Source of the DNA: Marsupella aquatica | Taxonomy: Eukaryota; Plantae; Marchantiophyta | Direction: 5' to 3' | DNA length: 64,000 nucleotides | Assembly (NCBI GenBank): GCA_973895155.1 | Contig: OZ316893.1 | Coordinates: forward strand, 26,958,798-27,022,797 | Notes under the pieces: model-generated | The model's input: only the letters and a program-made list of their open reading frames with translations | Told to the model about the DNA's origin: nothing | Databases searched by the model: none | In this document: positions 27,533-40,100 of the stretch, piece after piece | Layout of the letters: each line of letters begins with the position of its first letter | Position numbering within the stretch: the first letter of the stretch is position 1 | Made by a program: the position numbers and the translations under genes

Positions 27533-27950
27533 TATTGAGCAGGTCATGGGTGAACCTGATAGTCCTTGCTCTATTCCTTTCCAAACTCACTTTAAACCAC
27601 ACCTGCCCCTATAAAGGGCTACGGGTAACCGGTAGCTCTCATTCTGAAGAGTACAAGTTCAGAAATGGGCTTTGAGCTCCACAAAAGGTGCTGACTGCAA
27701 AAGCTTTTTTTGGCAAGTACTACACAAAAGATGCTAGTGTTCCTCCTTTTATGGTGAGTAGTGAGCCATGGAATGAGGCTTTTATAGTGGCAGGTGTGGT
27801 TTAAGGATTCCTGATGGTGAACAATATCTGATGGTAGGTTTGTGAGTTTTGGTGACTGAACTGAACTGAGATCTAAGATGCTGCAAACATAGATGCCAAA
27901 ATCTGACATTAGTGGCTGCTATATGGCAAATCCACCTGACTTGCTCAGGA
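27533..27950. mobile_element. Small foldback/MITE-like element
   Basis: ttaaaccacacctgcccctataaa (~27593) pairs with tttatagtggcaggtgtggtttaa (27781) at 23/24; outer arms gagcaggtca / tgacttgctc. Confidence 0.5.
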
Positions 27951-29568
27951 GTGCTATTTTTCAGAGGTAAGTATGTAGTTTCTAATTTGTTTTGCTTTTT
28001 TTAAGGGAAAATCTGTGAAACCCCACAGAAAGGGAATAGTCAGCCACAACATTTGAAATCTAGACCTATCAGTCTCAACTCAAGTGAACTATCAGAGTCT
28101 CAACTCAAGTGAGCTATCACATAGACATGTCTCTCTAGGCAGTTCCTAATTTGTTTTAGCATAGTATTTTCTTCTTTTGTCCTAAGTTTTTTAATATATA
28201 TATATAACCCCTTTGAAGGTTCTGTTAATTTTCTTAGGAATCCATTTTCAAGTGTATTCCAGGTTGCAAGAGTACCCCACATTATAAAGTCCCAGTTGCA
28301 AGGCTATTTAAAAGTAGACTAGCCGATATTTGAACACTTGACCTTCCCAGCCATATTGAGCCTTTGTAACACTGTGCTAAGCAGTTAGCATGAGCACTAA
28401 GAGTCATGGAGAGAATTTAACTGAATTCACATTTCTGTGGGGACAGTGCCTCATTTCCTCTAGTCTACAAAAAGTAGCATAGAGTACAGTACATTGCTTA
28501 TGGCAATATGTAAAACACCTTACCTTTTTAGATTACAATCATAATGATATGTCCTTCCTGTCAGTACCATCCACCCCCCCCCCCCCCCTCTTTCATTTAT
28601 TACTGTTACTCTTTTATATAGAGTACATTATGTATACTTTTTTCTTCCTTTATGAGTCATGAAACATTAATGTTCTAGAGTACTATGAGATAAATGCCTT
28701 TTTCAAATGTTTCGAATAAAACAAAACAAGGATCTGGTAGAACTCGCCTGCTATATTAGAGTTTTGAGGGGGAAACAGTTACTGGTATTTAAATAGTTCT
28801 AGAGCACAAACTACGAAAGGTTTCTCCTTCTAGGTGAGCTTAACTGAGTAGTTATTAAAATAATTTCAACTCTAGATTCAAGTGATGCTGAATAAATTCA
28901 GAAATAGGTGCCTCTCTTCAGCTCATTTAATGCCTCTTGTCGCATCACTTTAGATATTTTGACCCCACATCCCTTTTCTTTGTTTTGTCTCGAAGCTAAA
29001 TTCATGCTTTGTTGATCAGTAAAAGGAGATAAGAGACACAAGCAAGATCTGCACACGGAAATAGCTAAGGGGCAAGCTAGCCAACCCAATTAGCCAAGAC
29101 ACATCCTGCCAGGCGGAAAATAGGTAAGCATGAGTTGTCGAGTTGAATTAAGGTCATGTAACCATTAGGTGAGCATGAGTTCAAATAAAGTTGTCTTCAC
29201 CTGCGAGGTAGCCTTTGGGAAGAGATTTGTTGTTGTTATAAAGAAGAATATACACACTTTTTATATACAAAGGGACCAATCAGAGTACAAATGAACAAAC
29301 AAAAGAGGGCCCAAGTGGACAAAACCAATCGAAAAAGAAGTGAGCAAAAGGGAACCACTAAACAGCAAGAAAGAGGAACTAAAAGTAAGAAATGAGCAAT
29401 AGGGAACCCCTAAAAATCAAGAAAGAGAGACTAAAACTAACCCAAGCGGACCGAGGTCCTCATCATTCCTAGTGAATGTGGCAAAAAGCTACTGGTCCAC
29501 ATCAAGGGTCAAAGCTAGATTGGCAAGTGGGATTGAAACATCCTCTAGGGGAGCTAGCCGCTGCCGAG

Positions 29569-29717
29569 GCACAGGTATTTGGACTAGTATATAATACCCT
29601 TTTCTATCTCACCAACCATTACCGTGCAAGCACAGGTATTTGGACTAGTATATAATACCCTTTTCTATCTCACCAACCATTACCGTGCAAGCACAGGTAT
29701 TTGGACTAGTATATAAT
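29569..29717. repeat. 61-bp tandem repeat, ~2.4 copies, essentially perfect
   Basis: gcacaggtatttggactagtatataatacccttttctatctcaccaaccattaccgtgcaa repeated. Confidence 0.9.
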
Positions 29718-32337
29718 AAAGGACAAAAATATGCATGCAATAGGAATAATCACTTGCTGTGCAGTGCATTTGTATTGCAGCAGGAAAGCCATGATGATTA
29801 TCCTGATATCTCCATACATGCTTACATATGATTTCCCTACTATGTGGCCAATTTCTTTGTAGGCCACGTGGAAGCTTGTTTGGCGTACGTGTGCTTTACA
29901 TCTAGTTCCCTCTCCAAACAAAGTGACTCTTTGGTGTGATGACTTTCTAGCATGACATGAATTTCATGTCATATAGCTCTACAGTCACCAAAAGAGCATG
30001 TTGGGATCCAAATTGAGCTTCAAAGGTTTGGATGGAGATCCCATTCCAGTGATGCACCTTGTTGTTTGCTTTTGTGTAAGGCATCTCTTCTTGCATTTTC
30101 TTCCAAAAAAGGGTACTTTCTGAGAAGTCTAAGCTTGGATGGGATCCCAGTCCCAAACTTTAGTGGATAGGATTTCTAAGCTTGGACGATATCTACGGGA
30201 AATATCCATTTGAACTCAGATGACATAGTTTTGGGGATGCCATCCAAGCGGAAGGGTTTTGATGGCATCCTATTTGAGCACCCCTGGCCGAAACCTAACT
30301 TTTGGCAAATTACCAGGTGGGTTTTGGTAGAGATGAGGCACAACACTCGCACAACATTTTTCTGAAGGGCTCCAATGATTCACACAGATCAATTTTCTGT
30401 TGTAGATGCTGGTGCACTTACCGCCGGAGTTGGTGGTGGTAGCATTTTTGGGGAACCACAGACTTTCTGCTTTAGAAATGTTGTCTCTTGGTTTGACACT
30501 TTTAGCTTTTCCCTACAAGTGGAAGTGCTGATTGTATGATCAGAATTTTGAATATTATAATAATAAAAAGGGGGAAGCAAGAAGAAACTGATTTTGGGAT
30601 CCTGTCTCCCACTTGGGTGCTTTTGGTTTGTTGGAAGTGTCTCATATATATTCCCTGTGCAAGTGCTGGTTGTGTGCCCATATCACCCAGATTTCTGGCT
30701 GCGACTCATATGCTCCCAGTTTTACTCGTTTTAATAATCTTGGGGAAAGCAAACAAAAATATTAAACCCAGATAGACCTCCACGTTTGGCCAAAATGCTC
30801 AGGCAGAGTTTTGCAACCAGACTGACTGGAGCAATCCTCTCTTCTATGCTCATATAGTACATGTTACACCAATAGGTGAGTGAGGCGTCTTTGGAAAATT
30901 GTAGGTCTCTCAATTCTCAATGAAATTTTAATGTATTGGGCACATTGGAAAGATCTTTCTAAGAGTTTTCTAGCAACCCCAAAACAATCAGATTTGATTG
31001 GACACTGAGGGATGCCAGACGTCAACATTAATTTCTAAAAACTGTCTCAATGCAAATGAAAGATCTAGACTGATAAGTAAGACCTTTTCAAGTTGCTTCT
31101 ATTGAGCCCAAGACCAGGTGATTCAGTTGGGTATCAAGGGAGATATTATAGGTCAAATCTGGATTTTGAAACTTCTGGAAATGAAAGGGTGTCAATGAGT
31201 GAAGGTGTCAGCCCACGGGGTGCATGGTTCACAAACTTGGTCCATGGGAGCATCAACTTACACAAATAAACAGAAGGAAAATAGACTAATATATTTATAT
31301 ATCACACTGCAAAAGAACAAGAGGCGTGCAAACCGGACAACATCCCAGTACAGTTAGGCAAATGGCCCAATGAAGGGGAGGCCAGCAAAAATCCAACAAA
31401 GAAAAAAGGCCATCTGACTCTATTTATAGGCAAACTACAGAGCCTGGTAGAGCTCTGGAGTGAACTGCATAGGGGGATCTAACAACAGAGCCTGGCTAGC
31501 TATTGTAGCACCAACCGCCTCACCCCTACGAAGAATAGTGAATGTTTGAGCCCACTGGAGTGCGAGTGACACCCACTGTCAAAAAAAGGTCATGATGACA
31601 GACACTCGTGGATAAGGTCTATGTGTGAAATCAAGAACCACACAAGATCGTAGAAAGTAGTCAAAGGTCGGGTGAAGCGTCCCAAAAACCTCAGCGGCAA
31701 AAGATTGTCAGGGTAACAAATAGTGTATGCCTCCTCCTTCAGTTGTGCGGCCCTAGCAGCCGCATGACCAGGTACATGAGCTGCAGTGGCAACTTGGCCC
31801 CACTAGGTTGGCAACAACCACATCCCCAAGGATCCAAACTCCAGCACGCAAAAGGACAAGGTCAGCAAGGCGGCGATCAGGAACACCATCTAGAGGAGGC
31901 AAAGCTTGTTACATTTCTCATATCAAAGCTTACAAACAAAGTCAGAGTACTATAATTTACAACATACGCTCAATGCTGGCCAATAATTCTGGGTTTTGCA
32001 GTGCCAAAATTCACTAGATTCCACCTCTGTGAAAATTCTTTGTCACTTTTGGCTAAAATTGAGTACACTCTTTACTATAATTAGTATCATACCTTATTTA
32101 GTCTCTGTGCATAGATAATCTCTCACACACTAGGCTGTGAGTACAAATGCCACAAAATAATAAACACCAACTTCCTTATTAGTCTCATCTAGATTAAAAT
32201 GAATGTCGCTACTTCATGAAAAGTTTTTTTGTTTTCATTTGAGAGTATAAAGGAACCCTCCTTTCAAAAATCATGGATGACTTCTACAAAACCAGGGTCC
32301 AACTTAGGACCAAACTATAGGCAGCAATGGTGGACCC

Positions 32338-32625
32338 CACCCACAGCTTTGTCTAAACTATTTACTAAACCTCTACCCTTGACTTCCCTTGACCCACCCC
32401 GCCCACAGCTTTGTCTAAACTATTTGCTAAACCTCTACCCTCGACTTCCCTCGAGCCACCCCACCCACAACTTTGTCAAACATTTTGCTAAACCTCTACC
32501 CTCGACTCACCCCGCCCACAACTTTGTCTAATTTTTTTGCTAAACCTCTACCCTCGACCCACCCCGCCCACAACTTTGTCTAAACTTGTTGCTAAACCTC
32601 TACCCTTGACTTCCCCTCTACCCTT
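32338..32625. repeat. Subterminal tandem array, ~5 copies of ~55-65 bp
   Basis: cccaca(g/a)ctttgtctaa....tgctaaacctctaccct repeated. Confidence 0.85.
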
Positions 32626-32962
32626 GGCCGCCCCTATCCATAACCTAAACACTTCACAACACTCATTTACCAATCGGCAGCATTATCACCAAATTTCTTT
32701 GTGTATTCTTTAATTTTTGATTCACAACCGGGTTCACAACATTCTCCAGAATGGATTTCCATTTTGCATCACCTCTAATATCCGCATTTTCTAGACCTCG
32801 ACTTAAAGTGAGGAATATCGGGACGACTGGAGTTCCATCACTACATGCAGAGCTTATCAAAGTGTTCCAAAACCTTCATCACCTGAAGCGGTTCCGCTAG
32901 ATCAATCAGTCACACATACACAAATTGTATAGACTAAGCGTAAGAGAGCTCCTCAATATGTC

Positions 32963-35900
32963 ATGACCATGCAAGATCGCAAGAAGGTAGTTTTGTGGAT
33001 GAGGCAAAGTCTCGAAACTCGACTACCTTAACACTTAGCTCCGGCGCCGAGCTCCCTTATGGTCCAGGCCCGGATAGGCCATCCGGGGAGGACTTAGCAT
33101 GGGGAGACTTGTGGGCAAGGAGACGTGACACTAGCGAGGCAAGGGGCCAAGCTAGGGACACACACTAAGGACTTGGACTAGCCTATGGCTGAGTCACGGA
33201 ACTCGACTACCTTAACATTTAGCTCCGGCTTCACTGACTCCGACGCTGAGCTCCCTTATGGTCCAGGCCCGGATAGGCCATTCGGGGAGGACTTAGCATG
33301 GGGAGACTTGTGGGCAATGAGACGTGGCACTAGCAAGGCAAGGGGCCAAGCTGGGGACACACACTAAGGACTTGGACTAGCCTATGGCTGGTTGGGTCAA
33401 GGGGAAATAGGTCGGGCTCAAGGATGGTCGTCCGGACCATCGGATGGGCTTTGAGTTCTGAGGGCTTGGGAGTGAGCTACTCTTGGGCCCAAGGCCAATG
33501 GAGTTGATGCCATTGGCAACGGACGCTTGGGGCGCAAGTTGTGGCCCGATCCGGGTTGGGCCGGTCGGGGGCCCCAAGCGGCAATCAGACCTGAGGGCCT
33601 AGGCATGAGCACTGGGTCGGCCCGGTCACAACGGGCTAAGGCACTCCGCTTGCGGATGCCTATCAAGAAAGTTATGGGCGTTGCCAGTTGGTGGCGCGCC
33701 CATTATGCACGATGGGATCCGGGTTGGGGGCCAAATGTTTCGGGACCAAAGCTGGTCCGGGGGTGGCAGGTCCCCAAAAGCATATATGAGGGGAGTGGTG
33801 TCTCCCTGGGGGCTAAGGGCGAGCCAAAGTCGTGAGCCGCAGCGGTCGCGACACTAAGGGAAACCGCCAAACGAAAATGGCGATATCTTCCCAACGGGAA
33901 GTCCGTTGGAGGACTTCTTAGGTGCTTTGGTGCGTTGGAAAGCTCCTGAGAAGGGCTACGCCCTCCTGAGCTCAGCTGGGTCTGGGGGTGTCGTGGGTTC
34001 TCATGGTTTGCGGGTGTTAGCTCGCCCGCTTGCCAAATCCTGCCAAACAGCAGCCAAGCCGCGTTCAGCCTCCCAAGGGAGCTTGCATGGGGGAGGCGAG
34101 GCCAAGTAGGTATAGAGGCTGAGTCCCAAAGGTGCTCGGTCCCTAGGCCATCAGTGGGGCAAGCCGGGAGTCGGTGTTGGAGTCGGGGCCATTCTGGTCC
34201 CGGCGTGTTGAGACAAGCTTGGGACAAGCTTTAGGACAAGCTACGCTACTTGGGCCATGAGCATGTCCCGAGGTCAGGGCGGTCAGTTGGTGATGGATAG
34301 GTGCGAGGGGGAATCCGGGCCGCGCTCAAGGAAGGAGCTGTCCTGGACGGACAGTGGGCGTGGGTTCTGGTTCCGGCTTATGGCATCGGGAGGACCTATC
34401 CCTGACCTATTTACCAACGTTTGTTGAGCTTGAGTTAAGATGCTAGACTTGGCAAGTTCTAGATCCGGAGGGGTTACTTACCAAGGTGCTTGGTTGTTTG
34501 TGCAGACAGTGAGGACCGTTGAGTAGCGGTTGTGTAGGTGAGCAAGTGCAGCTTCGTATGGGAGTGACCGCTGGTGGTGCTAGAGGCATTTGGATGCTTG
34601 CTCGAGGTATTCTGTGGAGGCGTTCGGGCACCAAGGGCACTTAGGCGCAAGTGCTGGGATTGGTGAGGGCGTTGGGTGGCAAGGTCCACCATTGGCAAGA
34701 TAGAGAGGCAAATGGAGAAGCGAGGCTGTTCAAGGGCTATCAAGGAGTTTACACCTATGTTTTAAGGTAGTGAGATTGCAAAACTCAAGGAGGCTGCAGA
34801 TTGGTGGAAGAATCAAGCAATTTGGTTGCAAATTGACAAAGAGATGAGCATATCCATCAATGTCTATCAGGACAGAATCATTTGAAAGATGTTGTGGAAG
34901 ACAAGAGAAGGTCGAGGCAGGAAGACAAAGGATTGGGTTACGTGGTTGTACCATTCTACAATGGAAAAGTTCAATCAATTACGTAAGGTGGGAGTGAAAT
35001 TTTCACCAAAGCTTTTGCAGCAGTTGGCAAAGCAAGTGTTTGACGAATCAACCCATCAACTATAGCTCTTGTCAACATTTCTGCCAGGAGGAGTTCCTAT
35101 CTCAGGAAGATCACGCTTTGTTGGATTCAAAGAAATTGTAATATTGTTGGCAAGGCACAAACAGGGAAGCTGACGGTGAGTGTAGAGAAGCAAGAGCACA
35201 TAGATAAAGAGATTGCTTTCCATTGGGACAACTTAACAGAGTTTTTGAAGCAGGGACCCTGAATGAAGACCTTGTTGAAAATTATAACAAAAATCATTTT
35301 GTTGTCAACATTGACAATGGCAAGACATTGGGATTTTTTAGTGATGAAGTATGCAGATGTTGTTTCTGGTGGGCAAGGCATGCCCATGATCATATATCTC
35401 ATAGGAGGGTCTCGGTCTATCAAAGAGGTTCCTATGATTGTTTTCCAGAGTAATAGTTGCTCATATCCTATTAGGAATGTGAAGTATACAGTTTATGGCG
35501 TTGCATACAGGTTTGCAAAGAATGGTTTTGTGACGAGAGCCATCTGGAATCAATGGTTGAGTGAACCACATTGCCAAGTTGCCAATCTTCAGGGTGGGCC
35601 AAAGTGTGATTTTTGTTGACAATTTCAATGTCCATGACTACACAGAGTGTCTTTGTGCTACCATACAAAATTTACCTCCAATCATGCTCCACTAATAAGA
35701 CTCAACCTTCATTCTGATTTGTTTGTGATGTCCAAGATCACGGATGCATGGATAGATGCTTGGGAGAAGCACAAGCTGAAGACAATCATGAGTGGAAATG
35801 AGTTTCAAAATTCTGGTCGAATCAATGGGCCAGTCGGCAGAATTTGGAGCAAAGAAGAATCCTAGGAGACAATTGTCTTAAAGCTTGCTGGAGCATCTGT

Positions 35901-36254
35901 ATAGAAGGTCAATCAACAACCCGCTACTCTTGCTTAATTGATTTTAAAAATTTTTCCGCTATTAGGTATTATTGAGGCTAAATGAGACAATGATTAGGAT
36001 AGAGAGATTGACAAGCAAGGACAATTCCAGATATCAATGGAGGGTGGCATGAACAGCGGTTGAATCCACATCTTCAAAATTTGATTCAGATATACAAGAT
36101 TCTTTTTGAAGGCACACCTGTGCATTCTATGGGACATGTACCTGATCAGGATAGAGAGATTGAAGTTAATCCCGTAATTCCAGCACACCTTAGTAATATT
36201 GAATTTAAAGAGGAGCCCCCTGTGGATTTTGAGTTTGAATGCGATGATTCTTGA
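32963..36254 (+). pseudogene. DDE_1 (pogo/Tigger-like) transposase pseudogene interrupted by an insertion
   Basis: Frame-broken segments: MTMQDRKKVVLWM (32963) // RAIKEFTPMF*GSEIAKLKEAADWWK, GRGRKTKDWVTWLY..LRKVGVKFSPKLL, QTGKLTVSVEKQEHIDKEIAFH, LNEDLVENYNKNHFVVNIDNGKTLGF, KYADVVSGGQGM, YPIR, FVDNFNVH, DLFVMSKITDAW; many stops and frameshifts, first catalytic Asp lost. Confidence 0.8.
33017..34702 (-). mobile_element. GC-rich insertion, probably a truncated LTR-retroelement 5' fragment, with a ~185-bp tandem duplication (33017-33390)
   Basis: Abrupt GC/CpG shift exactly interrupting the transposase; on the minus strand a ~280-bp segment ending ..ctcaaca is followed within a few bases by ttggta (LTR/PBS-like) and Pro-rich ORF remnants (34227-33703). 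Confidence 0.45.
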
Positions 36255-36915
36255 TCACAAGATGATGAATCTAGACGTGACAATTCTGGATCTAAAAATG
36301 GATTGGAGTAGACTGGTTACACTAATACAAGTAGGGATTTTGTTGATTGTCTTTCATTCTATTATGATTTTAATTGTATTAATAACCTGGTTTTCAGTTG
36401 ATCATACTTTAATAAAATTTCAATTTCAATTCACAATCATTTTTTATTTTTTATGTCCTTGCAAATACATCTCACCATTGGATTTTTTTGTACTTCTCAT
36501 AAGTTACACACATTAATTCAGTGTTCATCACACTCTATTTGGGCATCACCAGAAATAATCTCACTTACTTGAATAACCCTTACTTGACGCCCAAATAGAG
36601 TGACTATATAAGAAGACATATATAGACTATATCTTATATAGACTTATATATATCTTGTGTGTGAGAACCTAAACCCTAAACTAACTTCTTATATAGTTTC
36701 ACACACATTAATTATGGTGACATCCTTCAAAAAGCTTTGTTCCTAAATATAGGTAATCAGTGGTTTGTTTCTTCCCTTAGCCAGTTTCATACCTAGCCAC
36801 AATGCCATTAACCAGAATCTGATGGCTTAATCTAGAGAGATCTGATGGTCACAATTCAATTTAGGAAACTAGATAAATAGTACTAGCATCTTCTTCTCAT
36901 ACATAGTGACATTAG

Positions 36916-37193
36916 CAGGCGTTTTTTCAGTGGCAAAAATTTGCCAAATTCCACCCTCCCCAAAAAGCTTTGGCCATTTTTGGCAAAACTTTGCTAGTAT
37001 TTTTCTGTCTCATTAGCCAATGTTTCACCTAATCACACGTCCCATTAGCCAGAATCTAACGGTCATCCTTAAATCTAGGGAGATCTGACGGTCAGGAAAA
37101 TAATCATACAAGGAATATTTTGAGCATCTTTTCCTTGACACACTGGACATTGGCCACTCTGGCGAAAAAATGAAAACCTAAAAAATACACCCT
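36916..37193 (+). mobile_element. MITE family copy (best preserved)
   Basis: caggcgttttttcagtggc ... gccactctggcgaaaaaa..aaaaaatacac; colinear with 16299-16593 and 42806-43036. Confidence 0.75.
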
Positions 37194-40100
37194 AGCCAAA
37201 AAGAGAAAAACCTTATAAATTGCCCACGAACTCTGTCTTTTCCAGTTTTTCAGTTCTAACGGTGCACTGCTCATGGTAGGTTGGAACGGGCTACAATACC
37301 GGCACGAGATGTCACCGTGGTCCAAACCGACCAAATGGTCAAATTGCACTTCCTTCTCCCTGGCTTCAATTTGGTCAAACAACACGGTTTTCTGCTGCGG
37401 CTGTCCTTTGTATCCTTTGTACCCCAGTTAGGACTCACCATGGGTACAAAGAAGCAAAAGCACAGCAATAATAATAAATCACATGTCACCCAGATTGAGA
37501 TGATGCAGCTTGAAAAGCCGTGAACAGAAGAAACCATAAACGGTAAGCCCCCATTGGATTGGACCACGAGTTGCAATCTACTGCAGTTGACCATGTGTAG
37601 AGCCTCCTGTTCCAGATAAGATAGTTGGGTGCATGTTGTCATTAACATGATTATTGCGTGACAGAAATTTTTCTTGGAGGATAAAGTTTGGGTGCGAATT
37701 TTGCAATTAATAAACGTTTTCACTGAAGTCTGGCATGATGGGCGAGTGACTTGCAACTCTGTCTAAACCTGAAGGCGGAGTGCAGTTTTTGCAGGGGGTG
37801 AGACTACAGAAGCTCATCTTAGTAGCTGGGAGCTCAATCACAAAATGTAAATCACCTTCACTTCTGCTGAATGTGCGCTTAGGAGGGTTGTTGCGCAGTC
37901 CAAGTGTGCCACATCAGTTTGTGGAGGTACACTAAGAGCCTCTTTCTATAACCTCAGGTCCACTTCTCAGCCTCAACTCTTCTTCATATCTCGGAAAAAG
38001 GGAAAAGTGAACCTCAGCCATATCCAAAAGTTAGGGGCTCGGTTAGGGGTAATTCCAAACTAATATGGGTCTGGAGTTCCTTAAAGTGAACCTTTTCTAT
38101 CTAAAAGCGCAAGCTGTCATAATTTTTCAAAAAAGGGGCCAAACAAAGTACAATGTAGAAAAAGCAAAAGATGTCCAAAGCAGACAAAAAGCATTTGAAC
38201 TCAAAAGAAGTGGACAAATAGAAAAATCTGAAACTTAAAATGAGGAAAAGAAAAAGCTCTACCACTCCAATACTGTGATGAACTAATGGTCCACATCCAA
38301 TGTAGTAACTAAATTTGAGTGAGCTAATAGTTCAGCAACTAAGTTAGCTAGTGGGACATGGATGTACTCTAAGGAGCAAGCCTCTTCTGAAGCACACAAT
38401 TAGACAATAGAGATAGCATTTGGAGAAAACATTTGGGATGGGCTGATAGAGACCCTAAGCTTTGCTTTGTGACCTTAGATGTTATTGAATGTTTGAAAGA
38501 CGTGATCAGCACTTCAAGCCTTCATGAGGTGGGAAGTCATTGACCTTGGCAAGATCTGGGTATGCCTCAGAATTTCATTTGGGGGTTCTAAGGCAAGGTT
38601 GGGGCAACATTCCCACCTTGCCGAATTGTATTGTTCACCCAAGGTTTTAATAATTTCCCCAGAACTGTGTTTTTTACAAATGTAACCTGTCCTTAACCCA
38701 CACCTCAGCCAATTTGACTATAATTTTTGGGAAAAGTTTAATAATTTGCACTGATGTGGGGGGACAATTTGATTATAAATAGTTATGGTTCCTGCATCTG
38801 TTTGCAAGTAAAATCTTGTCTAATGTCAAATACCTGTCACCTCGAGAGGAATCTCCTATGAGTGGTGGTTAGCCCCGCCTCGGCATCAGGGGCATTGTTT
38901 GGGTGGTTGGACAAAGTTTCATATGGGAATCTCTCTAAAGCTTCCAATCTATATGCTATTAGCAAAGCAATTATTACTATTTCTGTTAGCTTTCTTGACT
39001 AGTGTTACTTCAAAGACAAGGCAAGGCTAAAAAGGGGGCCATTGCCTTTTCTCCTTAAGATGTGTTATTGTGTGAGTTTATGCATGTTGACTAGTTCTAA
39101 AAACGTAAGAGTGTTCCATTTGCCGACTTGCTGGCTTGCTTGCCTCCTCTCCTTGCTACATGTACTGGCTACAGTTCCTTGGTCTCGTTTTTATCACAAC
39201 ATGAACAACAAACCAGATCTTAGTTAACTGTAACATCCCCTCCTCCAATCCAAAAAGAAAAAACATGTCATTGGAGTACCTTTCCAATGTAGATTTCCTG
39301 ATGTGAATCCTCCATTTCTTGGTATCTTGGAACATACATTGTATTGCACATGCTTAAGCTAGTTGTTTTTTGACGAACATCAATCTAATAACGCAGGAAT
39401 AAGAGCTAGGGAGAAGACCCTACCTTCTAGTGCAACCTCTAGACCATGACTGTGGGGGCTGTGGGGGCACAGGTAATGTTGGGGGTGGGGTGAAAACACT
39501 GATCGGAAATGTTCAGGACTTTGGGAGATGGTACTCCCCATCTTCTTATGCGCAAAGTTTTCAGGGTAGTACTCAATAATGTGCATGGAGGGACAGTTCT
39601 GACATGGTGGGTTATGTCCTGTTGCTCCAAATGCTTCTTTTATTAGCAGCTAACAAAGAATACCTAACCCATATAACAGAACTTGCATTATCATCCTGTG
39701 ATATCTCTGTATTTGTGTTTTTGTTGTTTCCAATTTAATTTAATGTGTTTAAGACTTGACCTAGATAGTATAGGATGATAGACGATTGTTTAAAACTCCA
39801 TCCCATGAGCTATGAGCGTTTCCATGTACCCCATGTGTGTTATAGCATGTCAGGAAGCTAATTATTTAAAACTCTCTAGAAGGCTACTGGATTCATTAGC
39901 TTTTGGAGAGAATTTTACGTTATCGACGGTGGACTCTGGAGAATTCCAGTGCTTTTTATTCTCTGTGTACTTGTACTTAAACTGCCAAAGGAGGAAAAAC
40001 TAGTCACTTTGCCCCCCACTACTTCACTTTGTTAATAATATTATTGACTAAGTAAAATAATTTGGATCCACCAGGTTTTGAAAATGGACAGTGGCGGTTA

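Larger units (their letters stand above)
32066..36762 (+). mobile_element. Degenerate pogo/Tc1-mariner (DDE_1) DNA transposon
   Basis: Left end TA|cactctttactataattag versus right-end reverse complement cactgattacctatatttag; subterminal repeats 32338-32625; internal transposase pseudogene; splits a MITE copy into 31990-32065 and 36763-36880. Confidence 0.7.

Noticed and set aside
32338-32625. CRISPR-like repeat array (also 59644-59851 and 29569-29717)
   Set aside because: No unique spacers or cas genes; eukaryotic context; simple tandem or subterminal repeats.
36666-36684. Telomere-like aacctaaaccctaaac
   Set aside because: Only about two degenerate units, inside a TE end.
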